Made by a program: the position numbers and the translations under genes. From contig OZ220733.1 in the NCBI GenBank assembly GCA_965116875.1, positions 1 through 64,000 on the forward strand: 64,000 bases of DNA, written 5' to 3'. The number at the start of each line of letters is the position of its first letter. The first letter of the stretch is position 1. Of the stretch, positions 37,070-46,440 are shown piece after piece. Under the pieces are notes generated by a model. The model made no database searches, had not been told where the DNA came from, and saw nothing but the letters and a program-made list of their open reading frames with translations. Origin of the DNA: Candidatus Latescibacterota bacterium. Lineage in GTDB: Bacteria > Latescibacterota > UBA2968 > GCA-2709665.

Positions 37070-37840
37070 TTAGAAGGAAAAATCATCTTCTTCGGCGGCT
37101 GCGCCGGACTGCTCGTCGAACCAGGCCTGAAAGGCCTCTTCCGACTCAACCGTCAACTGCCCGCGCATGCGATAGTGACCCAGACCGCACAACTGGGCGC
37201 AGGCAATGTCGAATGTTCCTGCCCTGGTTGCCTCGAACCAGATCCGGATATCCTGTCCGGGAATCGCATCCTGCGTCAGGCGCATCACGGGGATCTTGAA
37301 ACTGTGAATGACGTCTTTCGACGAAATGTGCGCGATGACAGGCTTGTCCTTCACAATATGCAGGTTGTTGATGGAATTGAAATCGTCGTTGCCGTCGGGA
37401 TCGTCGGGGTCCAGTCCCAGCAGATTATCGGCGCTGACAAACACGGGCGCCGTCCGTCCGAATTTCCCGTCTTTCCCCGAGTAGTGGATATTCCAGGCGA
37501 ACTGTTCCGGTACCACCCGCACCACGAGCGCCTCGGATTCCTCCGGAAACGCGTGTTTGAAATCCGCCCAGAGCGGCATGGAAAGCCCCAGAAGCAGCAC
37601 GGCCTCGACGACAATCACGCCGTACTCCACGTACTTGGCGATTTTGCCCTTTATGGGGGCGTAGGTCGCGTCGGGGTTTGCCCTCCTCCGGTAGCGGACA
37701 AGGCAGTAGACGAAGAAGACGCCCCAACCCAGAAACAACGCGATCATGAACACGTGCAGCCAATTGATCAGCCAATCCACGGTTGCGCCGTGGGTTGAGA
37801 TGTCAATTGGCAGCCAGTAACCGTACACCTTTTCTTGCAT
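37070..37840 (-). CDS. coxB: Cytochrome c oxidase subunit II (CuA)
   Basis: Two TM helices; DVIHSF...CAQLCGLGHYRM; no fused cytochrome c. Confidence 0.95.
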   Translation of the reverse strand: MQEKVYGYWLPIDISTHGATVDWLINWLHVFMIALFLGWGVFFVYCLVRYRRRANPDATYAPIKGKIAKYVEYGVIVVEAVLLLGLSMPLWADFKHAFPEESEALVVRVVPEQFAWNIHYSGKDGKFGRTAPVFVSADNLLGLDPDDPDGNDDFNSINNLHIVKDKPVIAHISSKDVIHSFKIPVMRLTQDAIPGQDIRIWFEATRAGTFDIACAQLCGLGHYRMRGQLTVESEEAFQAWFDEQSGAAAEEDDFSF

Positions 37841-37859
37841 TCGGGACCCCTCCCCTTTT

Positions 37860-37958
37860 CAGCCCGCTGAAAAAGTCCATCCGGGCTACGGCCGGCCCTT
37901 GCGGTCGAAAACCTGCGTTGCTCGGTCTCGCCTGCAGAGCAACTTTTCCAACGGACTG
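37860..37958 (+). mobile_element. MITE-like element with 17-bp imperfect terminal inverted repeats
   Basis: cagcccgctgaaaaagt ... acttttccaacggactg; related copies elsewhere in the window. Confidence 0.65.
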
Positions 37959-38020
37959 CAATTTTCGCGGGGCGGACCCGAAATCCCGCCTCGCATGGTC
38001 AATCCTGAGGATTGCGCCTG

Positions 38021-38764
38021 CTACTTCTTTCTCGGCTTGATCTTGAACGTGAAGTCCAGGGTCATGGACTCGCCGTCGGCGACCGTGACTTCCTGCGTCA
38101 TCGTGCCCAGCCGCGCACTTTCGTGCCACGCCTCGATCGTGTACGTGCCCGCCGGCAGCCCCGCGATCTCAAATTTGCCGCCTTCCCCGCTGACGGCGAA
38201 GAACGGGTGATCCATCACGCCGATATAGGATTGCATCCAGGGATGCACGTCGCACTTGACCGGTACCATCACCTCCGACTTCGCGAACGAAATCGTGGTC
38301 TTCTTCATGAACTTCGGCATCGCTTTGTTGATTTCGGCGGAGTTCTGCGGCTTCGGGTGGATATTGTGGAGCGTCCCGTCGCTGTTGAGCACCGTGATCG
38401 GCTGCCCTGCCCTGACGCCCATAACGTGCGGAACGTAAATGCACCCCTGCTGGTCCAGAACGGCGGGTTCGGAGGGCGCGTCGAACTTCCTGCCCTCCAG
38501 GCCCTTCTTGACGTAGACGAACACGTTGTGCAGGCCCCCGTCGTCTTCAACCACCACGACCTCGCTCAACGCCGGACCGCTCGTGTGTTTTCCGGCACAT
38601 ACGGGGTCGGCCGCCATCTGAATCTTCTTCCGCCCCGGTTTCTTTCCGCCCGGCAGTTCCAGCTTGACGGTGCCGGTAACCGTACCACCGGCCACCGCGT
38701 CTCCGGACGCAAAACTGGCGAAACTCAGGGCCATGAATGCTGCGATCAAACCGCGTCGTTTCAT
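38021..38764 (-). CDS. Secreted protein with amicyanin-like type-1 copper motif and carboxypeptidase-regulatory-like beta domain
   Basis: Signal peptide; HNIH...CDVHPWM; GKFEIAGLPAGTYTIEAWH. Confidence 0.75.
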   Translation of the reverse strand: MKRRGLIAAFMALSFASFASGDAVAGGTVTGTVKLELPGGKKPGRKKIQMAADPVCAGKHTSGPALSEVVVVEDDGGLHNVFVYVKKGLEGRKFDAPSEPAVLDQQGCIYVPHVMGVRAGQPITVLNSDGTLHNIHPKPQNSAEINKAMPKFMKKTTISFAKSEVMVPVKCDVHPWMQSYIGVMDHPFFAVSGEGGKFEIAGLPAGTYTIEAWHESARLGTMTQEVTVADGESMTLDFTFKIKPRKK

Positions 38765-38873
38765 TTTACATCCCCTCTCTTCTGGTTGCAGTTTGCCGGC
38801 CGGACGCCCATTGCTCCCGCGCCGGCGGACGCTCCTTTGACATTTTCAATCGTAAAGACACTCGAAGTTCCAA

Positions 38874-41800
38874 CTATCTGCTGGTGAGTCTGGAACCCTG
38901 ATGGAGTCCATGGATGATGTAGTCCGTAAGGGCCCGGATGACCACGTCGGTCGGCAGCACGAGCAGGCCGTCCTCCGGCTTTACCCCCTCAGGCAGATTC
39001 AGATAGGCGGCCATTTCCTCCGGGAGGTAGGTCATTTCATCGCCGAAGAACGTGGGCATCTTGGTACCCGGCTGAAGCTTCTGCGGATCCCACAGCCAGT
39101 CTCTGATCCACGCCGGTTTCAACCGCTCCCTGCCCAGCTTCAGGTCGGGCGCCCAGCTTGCAGGGTCGCCCGTGGGCTTGATATCACCCTGCTGGTGGCA
39201 GGTGAAACAGTTGTAGATGTCCGCGCTGAACAGCTTCTTCGCGCCGCTCAATTCCCGTGAACTCAACCTCTTGTGCACAAACGTGGCGTAGGGGAACTGC
39301 TCCTTGTCCAGCCGGGAGAAATAGGTAACCAGGTCGATGGCCTGCTGGTCTTCGAAACCGAACGTGGGCATCCGTACCTCGAGCCACGGACGGATCGGCT
39401 GCACGTTCTTCAGGAACGCGAAGAACCAGTCCGGCTGGACCTTCCGGCCCTCGCCGTTCAGCGATGGCGGCACGAAACCCACGGCGTCGGCGGCTGAAAC
39501 ATCCTCGGCTCCGTATGCCCTGACCAGCGGATCCTGGATGGCCCCGCCCTGATTCTCCACAACGTGGCAGCCTTTGCAGTTCCTGTCGTACGCCAGCCAC
39601 CGGCCCTTCTCGATATCCACTTCATCCGGGGACAGGCGTTTGATCGCGTCGGTGCCCGCCTGGCTCCGGTTCATGCTCAACAGGGCCGTCGTCACCGCGT
39701 GCGCGTCATCGTCGCTCAGACCGAACTGGGGCATGCGCAGCTTGTCGTCGAACAGCTTCACCTTTCCCTTGTCGAAGACCCTGGGCTGTTTGAGCTTTTT
39801 GTAGAACCAGTCGTGCCGGGTATACGGTATGGCGTCGGGATCGGTGTTGTAGGAACCCGGCTTCTTGGCCAGCAGACCGAAGTCCAGCTTGTCTACGTCC
39901 TTGCTGCCTTCCTCTGTCAGTTCCGTGCCGATGGGTTGCGCGTCCTCGAATCCCTGAATGAGGTGGCACCCGTAGCAACCCTGTCGGGAGATGATCTTTT
40001 CACCCAGCCAGATGTCCCGCTCGTGCCCGGACATCTGAGCCAGCCGTTCGTTCGCGGTCTTCACCGGCAACCTGCCTCGCAGGTAGTTCAGAACCAGATC
40101 GTCCCGCACCCGGGGATCCACCGGCGCAGCCTGCCGGGCTTCAAACTCGGTATTCCGAAGGGTGAGCAGATAGGCCGTAATGTCTGCCGCCTCCCGGTCG
40201 GTCAGCCGCAGATTCGGCATGCGGGTGTCCGGGAAATAGGCCGTGGGATCTTTCAGCCATGCGAAAAGCCATCCCGGGGACAGCTTGCTGCCCACGTCGT
40301 TCAGGTTCGGGCCGAAATTCCGCAGCCCGTACTCCTGGCCAAGCATGTCGTTGGCGCCCACCACGTGGCACGCTTTGCAACCCACCATTCCCACGAGACG
40401 CTCTCCGCGGCCGGCATCGCCCTGTACCGGCGGCGAGGGGTATTCGGGCCGTTCGGACTTGTCGAAGATATACGTCACAACGGCGTTGACCGCGGCCGTA
40501 TTGCGCGCGATATCCTCAGGACCGCTCACGTTGGCCAGGTCGAAAATCTTGGGCATCTTGGTGGATGGCCGGAACCCTTTGGGATCCCTCACCCACTTGA
40601 TGGTCCAGTCTCGATCCAGCTTCCCTGCCGCCTTGCGCAGGTCCGGACCGACCCTCCGCAGATCCTGCAGGGTGTGTTTCGCAATTTTGTGACAGCCGGC
40701 GCAACCCAGCGTCCGAACGAGATGGATGCCGCGATTCAGCCGGTCCGCCTCGGGTACGTCCACAACGCCGGCGTGGCATTGGGCGCACGTGGCTTCCACG
40801 TAGCGGCCGGGCAGCATCGGGTGGTCCCAATATTTCATCTTCTTCCAGCCGTAAAGCTTTTTCCAGCGGGCGGCTTCGACGTCGTCGCTCGGCGTATGCG
40901 CCGTATTCTTGAACGTGACGCCCCGGTCGCGACCGAGATGACACGTGGTGCATCCTGACTCGTCAATGGGATGAGGCGATCCGCTGCTCAGGAAAAGGTC
41001 CAGTCTGGGATGCGTGGAGAACGCCCTGGTGCGGCCGAGCCGGACATCATCGTCCGCGTAGACCGTTTCCATGTACGCCCGAAGCGTTTCATCCCTGAAC
41101 CAGCCGGATTCCGGATCGAGTTCGTAGCCCGGCCGATCGATGTTCACGTGACACGTTGTACATCGGTCCACCCGGGGAACCCGGGTAAAATTGAGTTCGT
41201 TCCGAAGGTCCGCCAGCACGACCTGCCGTACCTTAATGGAAGGATCGATAAAGTCAACCATCGGCAGGTTTCGGAACACATTGGGGAAACTGGGGACGAG
41301 ACCCGTCAACTTGCGCCTCAGGTTCTCTTCATCCTTGCGCAAGGTGCGCCGCCTGGACTCAAGCGCCTGTCGCTGCCCCGCCACCTCGTCGATGAACTTC
41401 TGCTGCGCCGCCTGCTTTTCCTCCACGGCCTCTCTGGCCAGCCGGAACTCGTAGATCCGGGCGTCCATGGCCTCCATCTCGGCCTTTTTCTTTGCCGCCG
41501 TATCGTCATGCCCGGCTTTGGCCGCGTCCTCGTACTCGAACTTGACCACGTCGTACTGGGCCTTTTCGAATTTCAATTTCTGATCGGCGCTGTACCATTC
41601 CGCCTGCGTAAGCCGTTTCAACTCGTCCGTTGCCGCATCGAATCGGTCCTGGTGCGCCTGAATTGCCGCCTCGATCCCCTTGAGTTCCTCCTCGACCGCC
41701 GTAAACGCGTCCTGGTCGACGTTCTGCTGCGCCAGCTTGATGTCCGCTTCGGTCTTGTAGGCCTCGAGCGCCATCGCTTCCTTCTGAATGCCCTTCCACT

Positions 41801-41927
41801 CGCGGTCGTAGTCGTCCCAGACCATCCAGAGTACGGAAAGAACCAGCACCACGCTGGACAGGGCGAAGATCATGTTCATTTTGTCTACATTGTAGACGAA
41901 GTCTATGAAGCGCTTCGGCTCATTCAT
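38874..41927 (-). CDS. Membrane-anchored octaheme cytochrome c with coiled-coil stalk
   Basis: Eight CxxCH (CTTCH x2, CAQCH, CAGCH, CKACH, CYGCH, CKGCH, CFTCH); N-terminal TM helix; long charged helical segment. Confidence 0.9.
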   Translation of the reverse strand: MNEPKRFIDFVYNVDKMNMIFALSSVVLVLSVLWMVWDDYDREWKGIQKEAMALEAYKTEADIKLAQQNVDQDAFTAVEEELKGIEAAIQAHQDRFDAATDELKRLTQAEWYSADQKLKFEKAQYDVVKFEYEDAAKAGHDDTAAKKKAEMEAMDARIYEFRLAREAVEEKQAAQQKFIDEVAGQRQALESRRRTLRKDEENLRRKLTGLVPSFPNVFRNLPMVDFIDPSIKVRQVVLADLRNELNFTRVPRVDRCTTCHVNIDRPGYELDPESGWFRDETLRAYMETVYADDDVRLGRTRAFSTHPRLDLFLSSGSPHPIDESGCTTCHLGRDRGVTFKNTAHTPSDDVEAARWKKLYGWKKMKYWDHPMLPGRYVEATCAQCHAGVVDVPEADRLNRGIHLVRTLGCAGCHKIAKHTLQDLRRVGPDLRKAAGKLDRDWTIKWVRDPKGFRPSTKMPKIFDLANVSGPEDIARNTAAVNAVVTYIFDKSERPEYPSPPVQGDAGRGERLVGMVGCKACHVVGANDMLGQEYGLRNFGPNLNDVGSKLSPGWLFAWLKDPTAYFPDTRMPNLRLTDREAADITAYLLTLRNTEFEARQAAPVDPRVRDDLVLNYLRGRLPVKTANERLAQMSGHERDIWLGEKIISRQGCYGCHLIQGFEDAQPIGTELTEEGSKDVDKLDFGLLAKKPGSYNTDPDAIPYTRHDWFYKKLKQPRVFDKGKVKLFDDKLRMPQFGLSDDDAHAVTTALLSMNRSQAGTDAIKRLSPDEVDIEKGRWLAYDRNCKGCHVVENQGGAIQDPLVRAYGAEDVSAADAVGFVPPSLNGEGRKVQPDWFFAFLKNVQPIRPWLEVRMPTFGFEDQQAIDLVTYFSRLDKEQFPYATFVHKRLSSRELSGAKKLFSADIYNCFTCHQQGDIKPTGDPASWAPDLKLGRERLKPAWIRDWLWDPQKLQPGTKMPTFFGDEMTYLPEEMAAYLNLPEGVKPEDGLLVLPTDVVIRALTDYIIHGLHQGSRLTSR

Positions 41928-42039
41928 CGGACGGCTCCAGGGAGGCAGCGCACACCCGAACACCGGACGTGCAACGCCACAAACCCCTTCACTTAATGCA
42001 CACGTTGCTGCGGCGGCGCCGGAGAATCAAAAAGGACCC

Positions 42040-43116
42040 TCAGATATTGAAGAAATACTCTGGAATGGCGACGATGTATTTCAGGTTGAACAGCCAGCGA
42101 AGCAGCATCTTGATGGGGAGGGCGACCATGCAGAGGAAGAACAGTATCATCACGCTGTAGCGCGCGAATCCCATGGTCTTGTAGAATTCCTTGAACACCG
42201 TTTGCGCAAGTACAGGCGGCGGCACCAGAAAGTACAGGATAACCAGCAGGAACCCCCATATCTCGCGCGTCAACCAGAAGGATGGCAATCCCGTGCCCAG
42301 CCACTGGACGTAGATGTATTCGGACAGATTGACATTGACCAGCGCTTCCAGCTTGTGCACGTCCCAGAATTCGTACGGTCCGAAAAAGTTCCAGTTCGGG
42401 CCGCGCAGAAACGTGCCGATCATGATCAGAACCACCCACAGCACCACAAAGCCGAATAGAAAGACCGTAATGGCGAACCGGCGTTCCCTGAACGTGTAGT
42501 AGCCGAGCCCCTTGGGATTCCGGTCCATATATGGAATGGCCATGAGACCCACGATGACAAGCGTGGGCAGGACGACCCCGGCGATCCATGGATCGTAATA
42601 CACGAGCATTTCCTGAAGTCCCAGGAAATACCAGGGCGCCTTGGAAGGATTGGGGGTTTTCGCGGGGTTGGCCGGCTCTTCGATGGGCGCCTTGATGATC
42701 ACGGACCAGAGAATCAGGAAGACCGTGGCAAGGGTCAGACAGATCAACTCCGTGTACACCAGATGGGGCCACGTCAGGACCTTTTCCTTGAATTCGGCCT
42801 TCTCGATCGGCCCTTCGCCCCGTGCGATCCGTTCATCGTTGTCGTATCCCTGTTTCAGGCTGTACCAGACAAAGAACCCCACCAGGAACAGCAGCATGAC
42901 AATGGGAATATTGTCTCCCTTGGTCACGATGATGCGAAAATTCTCATCCTGAAAACTTACGATGAAGAATACGATCGAGGCGATCAGGGCGGGGAGGCCG
43001 AACCGGACCGTCCATACCCAGCGGGTCCGCAAGGCGAGAATGAAGAGAACGGCAAACAACGGCATGAAATATTCAGGCGTGAGAAGCCAGTTGACGAAGC
43101 CTTTCAGAACGTCCAT
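42040..43116 (-). CDS. Cytochrome b C-terminal subunit (subunit IV/PetD-like) with extra TM helices
   Basis: WPHLV, EPANPAKTPNPSKAPWYF (PEWY-equivalent), IPYMD. Confidence 0.85.
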   Translation of the reverse strand: MDVLKGFVNWLLTPEYFMPLFAVLFILALRTRWVWTVRFGLPALIASIVFFIVSFQDENFRIIVTKGDNIPIVMLLFLVGFFVWYSLKQGYDNDERIARGEGPIEKAEFKEKVLTWPHLVYTELICLTLATVFLILWSVIIKAPIEEPANPAKTPNPSKAPWYFLGLQEMLVYYDPWIAGVVLPTLVIVGLMAIPYMDRNPKGLGYYTFRERRFAITVFLFGFVVLWVVLIMIGTFLRGPNWNFFGPYEFWDVHKLEALVNVNLSEYIYVQWLGTGLPSFWLTREIWGFLLVILYFLVPPPVLAQTVFKEFYKTMGFARYSVMILFFLCMVALPIKMLLRWLFNLKYIVAIPEYFFNI

Positions 43117-43161
43117 CGTCTTCCTCGAAGATTCCCCGGATCGGCCGGACCGGGGACGCTG

Positions 43162-43947
43162 CTACATTGGACCGGAAATCCCTCCGTCCTTTCGGACCCG
43201 CCAGAAGTGGACCGCCATGAGCACAGCCGCAACGAACGGGATGAACAGACAGTGAAGGACGTAAAACCTCAGCAGCGCGCCTTCCCCGACGAACCGCCCC
43301 CCCAACAGCGCGAATCGGGCGTCGTCGCCGGCGTGTACAAGATTGATGTCGCCAAGCACAAGAAACGCCGCGCCGGGCCCCTCGTGACCAAGAAACGGGG
43401 TTGCCCGCGCCATATTCGATCCGACCGTAATCGCCCAGATGGCGAGCTGATCCCAGGGCAACAGGTACCCGGTAAAGCTCAACAGCAGCGTCAGGAGAAG
43501 TAGAATGACCCCGATCGCCCAGTTGAATTCCCGGGGAGGTTTGTAGGAACCCGTCATAAACACGCGCAACATGTGCAGCCAGACGGTAATCACCATGGCG
43601 TGGGCGCCCCACCGGTGGATTTCCCGCATGATTCCCAGCGGCACCTGTTCGCCCAGGTCGATAATGTCCGTATAGGCGTATTCGAGCGTGGGCCGATAGT
43701 AGAACATGAGCAGAATGCCGGTTATGGTCTCGATCAGAAATATAAAAAAGGTGAGCCCACCCATGCACCACGTGTAGCGCACCCTGATTCCCGACTTCGG
43801 GGTCCGAACGGGATGAAGATGCAGGAAGACGTTCGTCAATACCACCTGCGCCCGGCCGCGCTCGTCTCTCGGCACGTCGTGCCGGAAGATGGACTTCCAT
43901 ATTTGAGAGCGTTTCGTCCTGTCCAGCAGGCCGGAAATCCTCGGCAT
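43162..43947 (-). CDS. petB: Cytochrome b6-like N-terminal subunit
   Basis: TWCMGG (heme ci Cys position), HRW...[16 protein letters not shown], helix-D His pair with 14 residues between, GISGPM end. Confidence 0.92.
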   Translation of the reverse strand: MPRISGLLDRTKRSQIWKSIFRHDVPRDERGRAQVVLTNVFLHLHPVRTPKSGIRVRYTWCMGGLTFFIFLIETITGILLMFYYRPTLEYAYTDIIDLGEQVPLGIMREIHRWGAHAMVITVWLHMLRVFMTGSYKPPREFNWAIGVILLLLTLLLSFTGYLLPWDQLAIWAITVGSNMARATPFLGHEGPGAAFLVLGDINLVHAGDDARFALLGGRFVGEGALLRFYVLHCLFIPFVAAVLMAVHFWRVRKDGGISGPM

Positions 43948-44003
43948 ACCGTATTCTCCAAGAGTAAACCGCTATTGTACCGCCATATTGAATTTGACTA
44001 TAA

Positions 44004-44028
44004 CGGCCCGTTGAAAAGGTCCATCCGG
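44004..44028 (+). repeat. MITE terminus remnant
   Basis: cggcccgttgaaaaggtccatccgg matches the left end of the 37860 and 48732 elements. Confidence 0.55.
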
Positions 44029-44029
44029 A

Positions 44030-44977
44030 TCAGATCCGCAAAAAGGACTCCGGGTTGTCCCAGTGCCCTTTCTCGTACTGGAATTTCCGTGTCTTGTCCA
44101 CCAGTACCTGCCCGTCTTCGGCCAGGACGATGCGCGCCCTTTCCAGCGGACGTGGCGCGGGACCCTCGAAATTGATGCCAGACATATAAAAGCCGCTGCC
44201 GTGACACGGACATTTGAATTTCTGTTCGTTACCCAGCCAGTTGGGCGTACAACCCAGATGCGTGCAGACCGAAATGAGCGCGAACATGTCCTGTGTGGAC
44301 TTGACGATCCAGACGCTGAACTTGTCTTTCCACCGTTCGTCCACGCCCAGGTCGTAGTCTTCCGCAAACCCGATCTTGAAAGACTGAGGGGGCTCGAACA
44401 GCACATTCGGAAACAGAAAACGCCCGAATCCCAGGAGACCCGCCGCTGACGCGGCCGCAAAAGACGCCCAGGCCAGTGTCAGCCAGGTAAAAAACCCGCG
44501 GCGGGTGGTCATGCCGCCCTCGGCGACGGCTTGCGTCCGTTCCGGCCCGGGGCGGATTGCGGGCGGGGCCGGAGACGTCTGAACGATTACGCGCTCCGCG
44601 GCCGGCTCGTCGGTTTTCTGCGTCAACGCGCGAGCCGCGGCGGCCCGTTCCGCGGTGGACGCGGCCTTTTTGGCCGGCGCGGCGGACGGCGCCGATTTGC
44701 CGCCCCCGCGCGCCTTGCGCATCAATTCGGCCTTCGCCTTGGCGCGGGCGACGCGGTCCTGAATCTCGTCCAGGGACGAGAGATCCACTTCGGCGGCCCC
44801 GGAACCGTCTCCCGATTCCTCAGGGGCGCCCGCGGAAGCTCCGCCGGCCGGCGCCGCCGGGGCTTCACCCGCTGCAGCCTCACGGGCCTTTCGCAACGCC
44901 TCTGCTTTGGCCTTTGCCCTGGCTACCCGATCAGGGATTTCGTCAAATTCCGAAAGATCGATCTTCTCTTCCGACAT
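44030..44977 (-). CDS. petC: Rieske [2Fe-2S] subunit with ~155-aa N-terminal extension
   Basis: CTHLGC and CPCHGS boxes, GPAPRPL; twin-arginine TRRGFF at residues 158-163 followed by a TM helix. Confidence 0.92.
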   Translation of the reverse strand: MSEEKIDLSEFDEIPDRVARAKAKAEALRKAREAAAGEAPAAPAGGASAGAPEESGDGSGAAEVDLSSLDEIQDRVARAKAKAELMRKARGGGKSAPSAAPAKKAASTAERAAAARALTQKTDEPAAERVIVQTSPAPPAIRPGPERTQAVAEGGMTTRRGFFTWLTLAWASFAAASAAGLLGFGRFLFPNVLFEPPQSFKIGFAEDYDLGVDERWKDKFSVWIVKSTQDMFALISVCTHLGCTPNWLGNEQKFKCPCHGSGFYMSGINFEGPAPRPLERARIVLAEDGQVLVDKTRKFQYEKGHWDNPESFLRI

Positions 44978-45100
44978 GGCATACCCCGGAAACCGGCCTG
45001 GCGGTCTCGGATCGGAAATTTGTCAGCTATGGATAATATGCGATATAAGTTAAAAAAATACCGGAAATTGCATCATTTACGACGCGGAAGACACCGCGCC

Positions 45101-45129
45101 AATATATCCAAACCACCCCGGAATGTCAA
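45101..45129 (-). promoter_or_regulatory. Sigma70-type promoter for the respiratory cluster
   Basis: TTGACA (45129-45124) N17 TATATT (45106-45101). Confidence 0.7.
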
Positions 45130-45235
45130 GCGGGATTTTCTCCAGATTCGCTTCTTCCGGATCCAAGGAAAAAGGGACCCGAAAAGCGCCCGATCGGGCC
45201 GGATCCCCCATTGAAATTCCGTCGATTCCTGCCGT

Positions 45236-46144
45236 TCATTTCTCTTCCCAGCCATTCAGCACTTCAATCGCCGCCTGTCGGACCCGCAGGTCCGGGTCCT
45301 GATTGCGCAGCCTCTGCAGCGAGGGGGCCAGCGACGCCGCGTTGAGAATACCCACCGCCCTGATCGCTTCGACCAGGATATTCCGCCTCCCCTCTCCGCT
45401 TATCCGGTCGAACCCTTCGAGGTATCCGGGGCTCAGTATCTCTCCCAGCACCTCCAGGCCCGCGCTGTTTCCCGCTCCGGCCAATTGCAGGGCGGCGTTC
45501 CAGCGAACATCGGGCGCACGGTCGTGAAGCGCTCGCTCCAGCGCGGGTGGCGCCCGGGGATCGTCCAGTCCGCCAAGGGCGTATACTGCGGCCTTGCGCA
45601 ATCCCGCATCGTCGTTCGACGCGATCCGGATCAGGTGCGGCACGGCGTCCGGGTTATCCTGCGCCCGGAGCGAAAACATCGCATTGATCCGTGTTTCGTC
45701 GTCGGGGTCGTCCAGCGCGGCGATCAGAACGCCGACGAGTTCGGGATCCCGTACCCTTCCCATGGCCGCGGCCAGAAAGCGCCTGACGCGAGGGTCGTCC
45801 GAACGGGAAGCCTCGAACACGCGGATCAACTCTCCAACGAACCTGCGGCCAATCCGTCCTTCGCGCTGCTCCTGGTCCAGCACGGTGGCCAGTTCGTACG
45901 CGGCCTGCCACCTGCTGTTGATCCCGCCCACCCGAATCGTATTGAGATAGTCCTCCGCCGTTTTTCGCTCGACCGTCAACAAACCCAATCCCAGATAGAT
46001 CGCGAGCCCGACCAGAATGATCGCCACGGGAAAAATGACGAACTGCGAGACCAGTCTCGCCCGCGAGACGTCCGCGTCCGAAACCGGGGCGGTGGCGTCT
46101 TCGGCGATTTTTCTGAGTTCCTCATCGGGAGTCGGTTGGTCCAT
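45236..46144 (-). CDS. Membrane-anchored HEAT-repeat protein
   Basis: One TM helix then repeats such as DDPRVRRFLAAAMG, DAGLRKAAVYALG, APDVRWNAALQL, DLRVRQAAIEVL. Confidence 0.85.
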   Translation of the reverse strand: MDQPTPDEELRKIAEDATAPVSDADVSRARLVSQFVIFPVAIILVGLAIYLGLGLLTVERKTAEDYLNTIRVGGINSRWQAAYELATVLDQEQREGRIGRRFVGELIRVFEASRSDDPRVRRFLAAAMGRVRDPELVGVLIAALDDPDDETRINAMFSLRAQDNPDAVPHLIRIASNDDAGLRKAAVYALGGLDDPRAPPALERALHDRAPDVRWNAALQLAGAGNSAGLEVLGEILSPGYLEGFDRISGEGRRNILVEAIRAVGILNAASLAPSLQRLRNQDPDLRVRQAAIEVLNGWEEK

Positions 46145-46212
46145 GCAACAACCTCTGTCTCGAAAAATGACTGATGTTTCTCTTCAGGCCAATCCGAAAG
46201 TACACGAGGTCC

Positions 46213-46242
46213 AATATAACCAGAGGCCGCACACGCTGTCAA
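46213..46242 (-). promoter_or_regulatory. Sigma70-type promoter for the HEAT gene
   Basis: TTGACA (46242-46237) N18 TATATT. Confidence 0.55.
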
Positions 46243-46352
46243 GATCGGTGTCCCGTCACGAAGTTTGCTCCGGCCCGGCCTTCCGCCTTGACCGCCGCTT
46301 TTTCGCTCGCGCCCGGGAACTCACCGGTAATTTTAAAACAACCTCTTACTCC

Positions 46353-46381
46353 TTGACAACCCGCGGGAAAGACCTTATTTT
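46353..46381 (+). promoter_or_regulatory. Sigma70-type promoter for the ferredoxin gene
   Basis: TTGACA (46353-46358) N17 TATTTT. Confidence 0.5.
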
Positions 46382-46440
46382 AGCCCTGAATCATCACGCG
46401 AAACGCAAGCACATAGCGCACCACAGGAGATCGCGGCACA

